Positions 52,156-64,000 of a stretch of DNA of 64,000 bases are shown here, in pieces. The position numbers and the translations under genes were made by a program. The DNA comes from Glaucostegus cemiculus (lineage: Eukaryota): positions 21,390,001 to 21,454,000 of the forward strand of contig CDPCPM010000007.1 in NCBI GenBank assembly GCA_976551045.1. Direction: 5' to 3'. Every line of letters begins with the position of its first letter. Position 1 is the stretch's first letter. Below the pieces are notes generated by a model, which had not been told where the DNA came from, made no database searches, and saw only the letters and a program-made list of their open reading frames with translations.

Positions 52156-53554
52156 TGTTTGCAGCACTCTTGGCATTGCAAGGCCCTCCCCAAACTAAGG
52201 CATTTAAAACAGGTGTAAGTATTTCTTGTGTAAAGTTTGCCAAAAAGAAATCCCAATACTTGCGCTCTTCCTGATCTATTCCATATCTGTGCCATCTTAA
52301 AACACTTAACCATATACCATACCCTTATGATAAATGCAAAAATGTTCCTTTACACCTCTTGTACCAAAAGAGTTCCTCAGTAGTGGATCAGGTATTGACC
52401 ACATGAGTTAAATAGTCACCCGTAAACAATGAAAATAACTGAAGTTACATCTCAGAGTTTGCATCAATACGAACCATTTTCACTTCTGCTAAAAATCAAG
52501 TTGTGTTTAGTTTAAGAGTAATTTCAGTTTAACTTGGCAGACAGGGATTAGAAGAGGATGGGGAGAAATGCCAGTGAAATTTGCTGCTTAGTATTATTCT
52601 TATTGACTGCAACCAAGTGTAAAGCTAGGCAGGGTGTCAGTTAGAATTGCCCTGATATGCTCAGTCTCCCAAAAGACTGGTCAAGTTAAAACTATTCCCA
52701 TAAGAGGACCTTTTTATTTTAATTGTTGCCATCCAATATTTAGACTTGTGCTGCTTTGAGTCAATTGGGCTCTACTGAATGACAAACATTATAAGAAAAA
52801 AGTACAATCAGCATCCAAATGTCAACAAGTGGAATTTAGCCCTCTATGTTTTGAGTTTGAAGTCCCATTATTTCGGAGGAGTGGAAAAGTTGCAGAGATG
52901 ATGAAGGCCTATTGGGAATGTGTCAAGGCCACTGATGCAGGGCTTTGTATGGCCTCATTAACATATTTCCTCCCACTTCCCGGCCAGATGACAGACAAGC
53001 TAGCAGCTGTGTGAGAAACCAGGGCAGGAAACCACAGCCTGGGATTCTTGGGAAATAGGCCAGTGTTTCCACTTGGATGGTCAGGGAGTGCAGAAAAGGG
53101 CAGATATCAGAGTCTGGAATGGAGGGGGAGATCATTATCTGAGCATGGAGTTGGCCTTGGTGAAAGGGTTGGCAGGCTGACATTTAAATCAGGCAGGAGA
53201 CAGAGGGTGTGATCAGCTGAGACAAGGCCAAACCCTTCCATTACAATAGAGCTTCCAGATCTGTGGGTTGTGACCCTGTCTGTGGTCATAACATCAACAG
53301 ATGGGCTTTGTTCCACAAGACCTCCATGTCTGGAAATAGCCTCATTTGATACAGAGTAGTAGGTTTTCCATGGAGCCCACAAGATGCAATAGGATCAGTG
53401 TAGGGAATCCCCAAGACAGCTACATATCTTATAAAAGAGAAGTCAGAGGCCTGCCCATGTAGTTACTGAAAGCTGCTGTTAAAGAGCTGAGGTAAGAACC
53501 CAACAAGCCCCCAGAGCTGACCAGAGTTTGTGTGAACTGCTGCCTCCAACAAGC

Positions 53555-53850
53555 TTGGTTCAATCCTGATGTCTAATGTAGTCCGTGTCCAGTTTGCATG
53601 TTGTCCTTGTGACCACGTGGCCTTCCTATGCATGTTCCAGTTTTCTCTGAAAAGTGTGTGGGTAGATAGATTAATTGACTACTTTACATTGTCCCTAGTG
53701 TCCCTTTTAATGGTAGAATCCGGGATGAGTTGAAGGAAATATGGGAAGAATAGGTTGCAGAGGAATTACTGGAGGATTCAGATTGCTCTGTCAGCTGGCA
53801 TAAACTTAATAGACTCAATGGCCTCCCTTTCAGTTGCAAGACAAAACTGA
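53555..53850 (+). mobile_element. Degenerate V-SINE
   Basis: B box ggttcaatcc; agtttgcatgttgtccttgtgaccacgtgg; aatggcctcc tail. Confidence 0.65.
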
Positions 53851-55999
53851 ATATGGAATATGGATGGCAGGCCAAGCCCTATCAAAGACCTGACACACCT
53901 TAGGACCTACTAGAGACTTGATGGCAGCCCATGGCTCACTGGTGATCTGATGTCATACCTGACCCAAGGGCCGGACTGAATTTGGAAATGGGGACTCAAA
54001 GTCAGAGACCTAGGGACCAAAGAAACATTGCACCCAACCCAAAACTTATTGGATCCTCCCCTCTACTCCTGCTGCCACAATACGCTCATAGGAGCGAAAG
54101 ACTACTTCCTAATTTGTTGGCATCCTTCAGCTGCAAGTAACAGCACTTGTTTCATACTCTCACTGCCCTGCAATTTGTTGAGCTGTTAGAACCCTTGACG
54201 GGGGAAGAGATATGTGGGGGAGAAGGAATAAAGGCCTATCTAGCTGCTCTTCTGGGCATCAATGACCCCTGGAAGAGATACAGACAGACAGACAGAGTGC
54301 AACAAAGTGTGCCTCCATGCTGCCTCAAGGTCCAGCCCTTTTGGTGGGAAGCTGGGACTTCTATACCACAATATTAAACTATGACAAATATTGTTAGGAA
54401 GTTCAAATACAGGTATAGGGATCCCTGTAGTTCAGGTTATTATTTCATTCTCTGGCATGTTATCGTTGAAAATACTATGGTACTTGGTGCTTTTCTTGAT
54501 GAAAGAAATGTTGTTCAGTATATTTGCTTTCTTTCCTTTAGATTTGCATCAGTTTATTTTCAACGCAAGTTTAGAAGAATGGCTTTACTGAATAAGCACA
54601 ACAAAAGTAAAAAGTAGAGAGTAATAGCTGTCTAGTTCATGTGTAATACCTGTGTATTACATAATAGCTCATCCTGATGCCACAATATATTTCAAAGTTT
54701 CCTTTATAACAGCACTTCACTGCAGCAAATATAACCCATTGTTGAAACAAATCAATTCATTTTTAGGGAAAGGTATCTAATAACCAGTTTGGATAGGACT
54801 GTTATTATTTCTTCAATTTAGTAAACTTTAAAATTATTTAATAGTTTTAAATTAAAAACTTAAAGACCATAATTAGGAATTGGAATGTTGATGGCATCAG
54901 TTTGCATCAGTTTGGACTCACAAAAATCTTAAATGGGGTAATGTGAAGGAAAGAGTGGGAGGTGCTGCTGGAACAGGCTCCAGGAACTGAAGAGCCAACT
55001 CACTCCTTGTACTAAAACCAAAACTTTAGTTTTTTGCCCTACTTTTTGGATAAGCCTTTTGAAAATAAAAGAAGTTGAAATGTTAATCCTTGGTATTTTG
55101 TATTAACATTGTGACAAATTTTTCAACACAGTTGTCTAAATTATGATTTTTATGTGTATGTCTAAGTGAAATTACAGATCCCTGCATGGAGGTCTAATTT
55201 AATATTTATGTTTGAATAATGTTGTCAGTGACATTCATTAATGGAAGATTGCCCTTTCATGTAAATTCATAAAATTAGCTGCATAACTTTCTTGGAAGTG
55301 AAATGTTATCATAGCCTGAAAGATGTGTTTTGCAATCAATTGATCTTAATAATTTCTCAGCAATATATAATGAGAAAATTGCCGCATCTACATGGTTGCA
55401 AAGCAGAGACCAAGGAGCATGACTTGCTAGTCCACATATCTTACGCTACAGTCGAAAGGGATTGTGACCTATAGGTTTCTCCCTTTATGAAAACTGTACT
55501 AACTTTGTTGGTTTTAATGGACTCAAATCAAAATGCCATGGGCATGTTATTGGTTTCAGATGGCCATGTGCACAACAAATTTGTTAAGGGAAATAAAAGA
55601 AGTCAGCTGGACTTGCGCCTTTAAAAATGCTCCTTTCCAAAATTGTTAATCTTTAAATTGATGTTGAAGGTCTATGTATGAGCACCAAAAAAAATTATGA
55701 AAAGAAGCAGAACTACAAAATGGACATTCTACTTCACAATATCTTTGAGAAATATCTGTAAGTCTTTTGGTTAGTGGGGAGGCAGTGGTCTCAGACATCC
55801 AGCTGATGCACAAGGATCAATTTTACCCTTTGTTACACCTGGGAAAGGCTCTGATCTACTTCATCGATTGCCTCCATCACTACAGTCCTTCATTGGGATT
55901 TGCTATGGTTCTGTCAAAGGGTAGCAGTGAGCTGAATGCAGAGGAACACCAAAAAAAGTTGGTAATACACTGTCAGCACACTGGGAACTAATTGCCTAA

Positions 56000-56310
56000 G
56001 AATAGAGGGAACAGGAGCAGTTGCGAGGCCGATCAGCCCTTCAATGCCAGTCTCTCTCCCCATACCCCTTGACTCACTAATAGTTCAAATGCCTGCCAAT
56101 CTCCATGTTCAATGACTCCACCTCCATTGCCCTCTGGGTTGAGAATTCCAAAGATTCATAACCTTCTGTGAGAAGACATTGTTCCTCATCTGTGTCTGAA
56201 ATAGGAGTTTCCTTATTCTGAAACTATGCCCCATAATTCTAAATATCCCCACAACAGGAAACATTTTCTCAGCATCCATCCTGACAATTCCCCTCCAAAA
56301 CTTGAAAATC
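56000..56310 (-). mobile_element. CR1 3' fragment
   Basis: Minus ORF MDAEKMFPVVG...GHSFRIR...FSQKVMNLWNS. Confidence 0.8.
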
Positions 56311-56319
56311 AAACAATCT

Positions 56320-56990
56320 ACACATGCTGGAAATCTGAAATAAAAATTTAAGATGCTGGAAGTACTCAGCAGGTCAGGTAACTTCTTTTGAAATAGAAAC
56401 AGAGTTAATATTTGAGGTTAAAGTCTCTTCATCAGAACTGGAAAAGAGAGAAAATAAATTATCTTTAGGTTGCATAGTGGACTGGGAGATTGGATAGCAC
56501 AAAGGGAACATTTCTGTTGGGAGGGAGACCAGAGTTGGCATGGTAAGAGGCTGTTTATGAACTAACTGGTTGATGAATTATTGAGGTTAGTCAAAGGGAG
56601 AAACAAAGGGATATGTAAAAGTTGTGACATGTAGATCAGAGCTCTAACAGGGAACTTACGCCAGAAGGAGAATGTTGAAAATTCATAGCAGATCAGGCAG
56701 TGTCTGTGGAGAGAGAAACACTCAATTAATATTACAGGTAAAAAAACTTTACAACAGTACTAGCCAGTTCTGATACAGAGAAAGCAAGTAACCTAAAATT
56801 GCCAAATTCAATATTGAGTCCAGAAGGATGGAATATAGCCAGACAGAAGATGAAGAGATGTTCCTCAGTTTTACTTTGGGTCTCATTGGAACAGTGAAGA
56901 AGGTCACAGACAGAGAGGTCAGAGTGGGAGAGGGGTGGAAAATTAAAGTTACAGGCAATTGGAAACTCTCCCTTGTGGACTAGGAAGCTC
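56320..56990 (-). mobile_element. Penelope-like element fragment with partial tandem pLTR
   Basis: Minus ORF IACNFNFPPLSHSDLSVCDLLHCSNETQSKTEEHLFIFCLAIFHPSGLNIEF; 56350-56420 is loosely repeated at 56670-56740. Confidence 0.7.
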
Positions 56991-57439
56991 ATCACATCTT
57001 AATGCAGATACATAGATATAAAGTACATACATGGACAAAGTAGGCAAAAGTAATTAGTTCAGGGATATCAGAGGTTTCATTATTTTCATGCTTTTGATGT
57101 TATCATACAAAAACATTGAAAACAATACATTAAGAAATGCAATAATACTTAACCAGCAAGATAGTGCAAATTTTATTACACATACCTAATCAACAACGAA
57201 ACTGCATTCCTTTATCAGATATTTATGTCTCCATTTTATATCTGAATCTGTACTGTAGTTATGTTGAAAGGTCAAATTTTCAAACACCAGAAGGACAATA
57301 TATTTAGTAGGTCGTGAAATTTCACAACAGTACCCTTTAACTGGATGATGTCAGTGATTGAAGGGAAGAGGAAATTAAAGGGATTCATGGAGCACCTTGT
57401 GAATACCATCTTAATCATGTCTGTTCTATAATTCATACC

Positions 57440-58060
57440 ACATATCATAGAGACATAGTCATACAGCACAGGAACAGGCCCTTCAGACCACCATATGCAT
57501 GCTTTCTATTAGATAACCATCTATACTAATCCCATTTACTAGCACATGGTCTGTGTGTATTAGTGACTTAAGTGCTCATCTAGATACTTATTAAACATTG
57601 TGAGAGTACTTGCCTTTACCATTCCTCAGGGAGTGCATTCCAAATTCCAACCACTTGCTTGGTGAAAAATTCCTTTTCAGATCCCCTTTAAACTTCTTAC
57701 CCCTTACCTTAAACCTATGCCCTCGGGTGTTAGACAACCCTGCTCGGGGAAAATGCTTCCAACTATCTACCCAGTTAATGCCCCACACTACTATCAAATT
57801 CTTCATCGACCTTCTTAAGCTCCAAGGAAAACAAACCCAGCCTATCCAGTTTCCCCTCATACCTGAAACACTCCATGTCAGGCCACATCCTAGTGAATCT
57901 TTTCTGTACCCTCTCCAGTGTAATCACATCCTTCCTATAATGTGGCTGCCAGAACTGTACTCAGCATCTCAGCTTTGGCCTAACCAGTGTTTTGTAAAGT
58001 CCTACCATAACCTCCACGCTATTATATTGATGGCTAATGAAGCTACCAATATCCCAAGAA
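57440..58060 (-). mobile_element. CR1 3' fragment
   Basis: Minus ORF SNTRGHRFKVRGKKFKGDLKRNF; tail atcatagagacatagtcatacagcacaggaacaggcc. Confidence 0.85.
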
Positions 58061-61000
58061 ACTGCAAAAGAAGGAACTCAAGCAGCAAGCTGCTGCATGA
58101 GTTTTAATTATTGGACAATAATTATTTGACTACATGGTCAAGGTAATTTATTTGTCTCAATTATAGAACACAGTTTGCTGAATGCAAGATACATAATTTG
58201 TTCCTAAAAACTTCAGGCTACCTCTTCCTGCCTTATCAACCACAAGAGTCACTCTGTTGAACCTGCTTTCCAATGTTTCTTTTTTCCCAAATGGGCATTA
58301 CTCATGTAGATAAGAATCTCACCCAGAGCCTGCCTTAAAGATGTAACATAGGCTACCCTTGGGAAATTCACCAATGATGTTATTTTTAGCAGAGTGACAG
58401 TTCCAATCTAACACATTCATTTTACCATGACGGCAACACTCAGAAGTAGCAGTAAAATCATTCTTTCTGCTGCTCGTTCTCCATGTTCAGAGCTGTTTAT
58501 ATTTTATACCTGGGGGAATTCAGACAGATTGTCCAAATAGCTTCTGGATAATTAATTTTATGGCTGTTTTACTTGCTGAATTTAATAATTCACAGCTCAA
58601 ATTATTTCCTGCCAGCTGTTCTTGGTGATATATTTGCTTTTAGGAACTGTTACTGAAAAATTGACCACTTTCATAAAATAGCTTTGATCAAGCATTTCTT
58701 TGTGCATTTATTTTCACGCAGCAGTAATGCAATGTGCACTCACCATCAGTTCTGTGTGTCAAAAGTGGTGAAATGACTCATCTATGTACACTCTGTACAG
58801 AAAATATTTAGCAGGCAATTTTTCATAAAGGTGGTTGGGTGTGGGTCCTTTTAAAATATAATACAGCCTACTAATTCAAAGTTACTTTTCGCTAAAAGAG
58901 AAGGGTACAGGGTAGAAATTAGTCCTCATTGCATTTGTTTAATGAGTGGAAAACAGGGGAAGGAAAGCCTTTCTCTGGGGGAAATTTACTCTATTTGCTT
59001 AACAGTTGCAGAAACATCAATAGAGATGGCTTCACAGGAACCCAGGGTGGTTTCCTAAGTCAACCACATTGCATGTGTAGATGTGCGGCCTAACCTTTGA
59101 TATAGGAGCCAACTTGGGCTGCCCTGAGTTGAGAAGGTATGAAGTGGATAACGTCTAATAATGAGCCATCCCTAAAGCAGTAAGTTATTTTAAATGTCTT
59201 CATGTGGATCCCAGAGGAGCCACTGTCTTCCTGGGAATTATCCAAAGGTTACTGCCAATGGGAAAAGTTTCCCAAAACTGATCTTGTTAAAATGGGTGGA
59301 CTTCCAAGGAGCTAAGCAGCTTAAGTCAGGCATCAGGCCTAATTTCAGGTGAGCTTTGGGATACTTCACAATGTTTTTTTTAATGAATGCACCATTAGTT
59401 GTAGATACTGACACAAACGCTGACTGCAATCAATTTCTACCCAACAGACTATCCTGTAGATTAAACAATTTTAATGAAGTCACATATCATTGCCCTAAAT
59501 TGAGATTGAATTCTCCAGATCTCCTGCAACTTATTTAGCAGCAGATCAGTAGAAATCTTGCCAAAGTAGTTTACATGGCCCTTTGTGGCCATTTGTTAGT
59601 GTCACAAACTAACCATTGAAACATATGCAATGTAAAGCACTGTACAAACTGCAAAGCTCTGTCACTTGCACGATACTTGAGATTGTGGTTTACTTCCTGT
59701 CAACAGCAAATTAATCCACAAAGCCTTCACACACAGAGAAAAATTCCATCAGGACTCTCAGCTTAGGTATAAATCCTCAACATGATAATGCTGCAGAAAG
59801 TTTAGTGGAAACGGGTAGCTCTACATTGATCTGTTTAGTGCTCCATTTTCATTTAGGCTCCCAACTTGCTTTTGCCAGTAATAGCTGTGTATTCTCACAC
59901 ACAGATCAGCTCTTCCTTATCAGGCAGCACGTAAAACACCTTGCCCCCTTTTCAAATCTCAGCTTCGCCAGCAGTGATATTGCAGAAACAGCAAGAGAGC
60001 AAACAGTGGGTGCATGAGATCCTAAACTGGTCAAGGGCAGCTGCAGGTGGAATAGATTTAGTGCCAGAAGTAGTTCAGAGAATTCCATTTTTAGATACAT
60101 GTTTACAGTGAGTCTTCTGAAGTACAAAGACAAGTTTGTTTTAGCAATATAACTACACAGTCGTATTGATGCATCCGCTCTTTATGTCACACATGCCTAT
60201 TATTGTTGCTTAAGTTAAAGGGGAAGAACAACATCATTCCAATGTTTGTAATGGGAGAAATGAAATGGTGGGGGTGGGAGATAGAATTCCCAGTCACTTG
60301 TATTTTACTTTTTTCTTCCCTCCACCCTATTTCTTTTATTTTCATGCCATGTGGGTACAGCCCATTGCAGCCATTTCCTGCTTGGCTTTTTTCCAGCCTA
60401 AAAATCTTTTGTTGATGTAAACTCATAGTCTGCGTGGGAGCTGGTTCTAAAACTATCAATTTCTCTAGCACATAGAGTCTCGCAGAGCTAACATTGACTT
60501 ATGATTTCAGAAATTGTTATCCCATGTTTCATTCTGGACATTTTCTTTGGGAATATCTCTTTTCTGGCCTCATGCATGGACCTGGATTTGATTGGGTGAT
60601 GGATGTTGTTATGGTCAATTGGCAGTAAGGAAGTAAGTTCCAAATTCTTGAGCAAGTTCATTTGCTTTTCCCCAACAAATTTTGATCCAGTAGTGTAGAA
60701 AATCTTGATTGCTTGAACCTGGTTGAATCCAAATGGATCAGCAGATATGACTGGAGAAAGCCCATCTGAGTAGAAACTAAAACTGGAATTTCAATGAAAA
60801 AATGCTTTTGGCATAATTTCAATTGGCAGGTAATTTAAAACAAGCAACCCTGAATTAAAAATATATAGTTTGAATCCAATTATTTTAAACTTGTTCTTTG
60901 TAGAATGGATTATTAAAAGGGAAAAGTTTTCCTAGCACATGAAATATTAAACTTGTTTCAACATTTCATATAACAATATAGTTTTCATGAGCTCTCAGCA

Positions 61001-61545
61001 GTAACAGAACTGCCTACTGGTGCTTGAAACTTCTTATTTATTTGTTCTACAAGATGGTTTTGCTTCTATTGTTTAAGGTTTTTTTAATATCTATAATCAA
61101 TCCTATACGTTACAGTTTCACAAGAATTTTTCAAAAAAGGCTAATTCTGCTTTGAAAGCAGTTTATCATTAGCACTGTCTTTACAATGCAAAGTAATTCA
61201 TTCCCACTTCCTGCTCATTTCCGCTTGCAGTTGCATTTGGTATTTGTACTAACATGCAAGTAACCACTATTAGATGTTTTCAAGTTACTCGTCATTAACG
61301 ATGTGATCATTAAAATAAAGCAACTCACAAAAAGTACAAATTGGAGCAAAAAACTCCCAATTCCTCTGGAACTTAAAGGCAAATCTATAAATGCAGTGAA
61401 GGTGTGGTGTGCATTGAATTGTTTTTGTTGGATGATGTATATAATATAACACATTGTTTTCCTATGATCTTGCCTTAATATTTGGAAGGGTTGGGTCTTG
61501 AGGAGATTTGTCTGTAGTTTTTAAAATTCCCATAAAAAATAGACT

Positions 61546-61582
61546 AGCACAGAGCCCAGTTTAAAAAGCACAGAGCCCAGTT
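61546..61582. repeat. 16-bp direct repeat, period 21
   Basis: agcacagagcccagtt-taaaa-agcacagagcccagtt. Confidence 0.9.
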
Positions 61583-62979
61583 ACCTACTATTAGATTGTT
61601 ACTGCTGTCATATTGTATCTGCTGAATAGAATGAGAATCAAAGAAAAAAAATGCTACCACACATGAAAATAATTACAGTTTTATAAACATAATATTGTGG
61701 TAATATACTGAAACTTAAAACAAAGCATTGCTCTTAAAGAAATCTTTTAAGTTCAGCTTTATATATAAAATATAATTATTTTGTAATTGTCCAGACTTTT
61801 GTGTACTCATTCATAACAATTATTTGTAATTGCTTGAAGCTAATTTAAATGTGCTGTTCAATGTCTTGGCTCAGGTATTTCTGTGTAGTATAAATATTAA
61901 TATTTATTGTTTCCAACTGGTTCATACTTGATGTGTTTTGTAATGTGCACTGAATTGTTGTTTGTGTCAAACTGCATTAATAATACTAGACTTTATTGTA
62001 AAATTTGCATTTCTCAGCCCTGATGAAGTGTACATTTTTTATGTTTGTGAAGGTTGTACATTGATGGTTCTTCATGTAATTGCTATTTCTTACACAAGGA
62101 GACAGACACATGTATTGAATACTATACAGTTTTTTGTATGGTAGCAAATAAAACTGATAACCAAATATTCTTATGGTAGTAATTATATGGTCTTTATAAT
62201 TCAGGGCTTCAGCAGCTGCATCAAGATAAATATCAAACATAATGATCCTAAAGGTCAGCCTAAACAACAGAAAAGACAAGTTGAAAAAGTATTTAAAATG
62301 TTGTTATCATTGTTGTATAAAAGGGCGTTATTAATTCGGCAATTTTGTGTCTATTTTTTGAAATATCTCTTATGAAGGCAGACAAATTTACATAAAGTGT
62401 GATTCCACAGGACTCTTCTTAACCTTGCTCAAATGACTAGACAGTAAGTATTGATAGGTTATTTGCTCCACAACCTACAAGAAGTTTCCACCAGAGGATG
62501 GAAGGTCAAAAATATGTTCTTAACAAATGGATTTCTTAGGCCAGTTCCTGGAGCCGCTGGGTCATCTTGCACTCTGCTGCCATTCAGCTACTTGGCCTCT
62601 AGATATTCTACTTCTGTTGGGGAAGAGAGGAGTAAAAATCACTGTTTAGTATGGACAATAATGGGAGACAGATGAGTGACTTCTGAAAGCAGCAGCACCT
62701 TCTTAGGTGTGGCATCTAAGTATGTGACATCATTGAGAAGATAGGGACTGTACAAGTCATAAACTCCACAGGGGATAGCCTCAATAAGAACTATCCACAC
62801 AATCTTCCTCAATGGAAGCAAACCTGAATGGATCTATTCCTTTCTTTAGCTCTTGGATGCTCTCTGGTTATTGATCAAAAGGATGATTTGTAAAAAAGAA
62901 ATAAAAGTATTTTGAAGGATCAGTGAAAAGCCAAAGAATCTGCAGCTTTAATTTGGGTGCAGTGCAGAGGTATGTGTAA

Positions 62980-63790
62980 GTAGAGATAGCGATGGTAAGG
63001 GGTTTGGGAGACTCTGAGGATGTAAGAGTTCCCAGCAAGGCAATAGTTTAGTGCCCATTCCTAAAAGAGGGGAGACTAAGGAAGGAAAGGATAGCATGGA
63101 TGATAATCACAGGAGCTCTCTAGGGCTGGAGAGAGAAACTCATGCTAGAGAAAATGAGGTGTGGGACAGGGGTGGGGTTGGCTGGATCAGTCAGGCAACA
63201 GTGGGATTGGGAAGACAATTGGAGTGTGTGTGTGGGGAGAGATAAGTGAGATGGTTGGGGATGGGTGGGGGGGTTGGGGTAAGGCCCTGAAGTGATAAAC
63301 TACCTTCTTGAGCTATATCAGTCCTTCTGGTAAAGATGATCCCACAATACTGTTGAGTAGGGAGCTCAGATTTTAGCACCAATGAAGGTGAAAGAACAGC
63401 AATAAGTTTTCACTTCAGGATAGTATGTGACTCGAAAATAGTATTCTATCATACATGAGGTCCAAGTTATTGTGTGCAAAGAATAAGCCTTACAAGAGGA
63501 AGATTAGGCAAAAGCCCAAAGCCTTTTCTCTGCAATCTCCTACCATTGAAAATTATGTAGTTGACAGCAGATCAAGGATGATAATGGAGGGAAGACTGAA
63601 GGAGATGAGGATCACAGGGGAGAGGATCATGGGAGATGCATGAAGGTGGGGAAGGAAACTCACAATGGAGACAAGGTGGGGAGGGGGTGTGAAGTGCGTT
63701 GGTTGCGTCACTAGATGGTGGGATTGGGAGGACAATCAGAGTGAGAGAGTGGAGAATACCTAGAAGATATTGGCAATGTTGAAGTGACCA
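62980..63790 (-). mobile_element. Possible very old L2-like ORF2 remnant
   Basis: Purine-rich plus strand typical of antisense L2 ORF2; only patchy motif resemblance. Confidence 0.3.
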
Positions 63791-64000
63791 TTTATCATCA
63801 AAGGAAATCTGCCATACAAATTATATGCTTTTTTCCATGATTTTTTTTAAACTCCCAATATCTAGGCTGAGTTATTTTAGTCAATAAGAGGCAGGAAAAT
63901 TTTGTACAGCTTAGAAATAAACAAGGCACCTACCAGCAAGAAGATCAATGCCTTGAACTCCCCAGCAGCAGCCAAATAAGGTGATGCAGATAAATAATTG

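Noticed and set aside
57610-58107. 165-aa plus-strand ORF (and similar short ORFs in the track)
   Set aside because: Antisense reading of a CR1 3' end; no independent coding signal.
52200-64000. Downstream neighbouring gene, CRISPR array or other prokaryote-style system
   Set aside because: No splice-consistent coding exons recognised, no regularly spaced repeat-spacer array, and the DNA is vertebrate intergenic sequence.

Overview
This is AT-rich eukaryotic genomic DNA. The repeat content (CR1/HER1-type LINE 3' ends, tRNA-derived V-SINEs, a SacSINE1/DeuSINE-like element, Penelope-like fragments) points to a cartilaginous fish (shark or ray). The window holds the 3' ~90% of a + strand multi-exon gene of the MYT1/MYT1L/ST18 CCHHC zinc-finger family, best matching ST18. 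I traced 17 coding exons (1650-50002, 2891 nt, about 962 codons plus stop). All have GT-AG boundaries and consistent phases, and they encode six CCHHC fingers, the MYT1 domain and the C-terminal coiled coil. A probable ~2.1 kb 3' UTR follows. The 5' exons and promoter lie upstream of the window, and no second gene is evident downstream. Introns are full of decayed transposons, including a nested CR1/SINE/MITE complex, and an inverted Penelope-like pair carrying vestigial hammerhead-ribozyme motifs. Most ORFs in the supplied track are repeat remnants or chance. I found no convincing novel multi-gene system; the observations below are modest. Family assignments come from recalled sequences, not from database searches.
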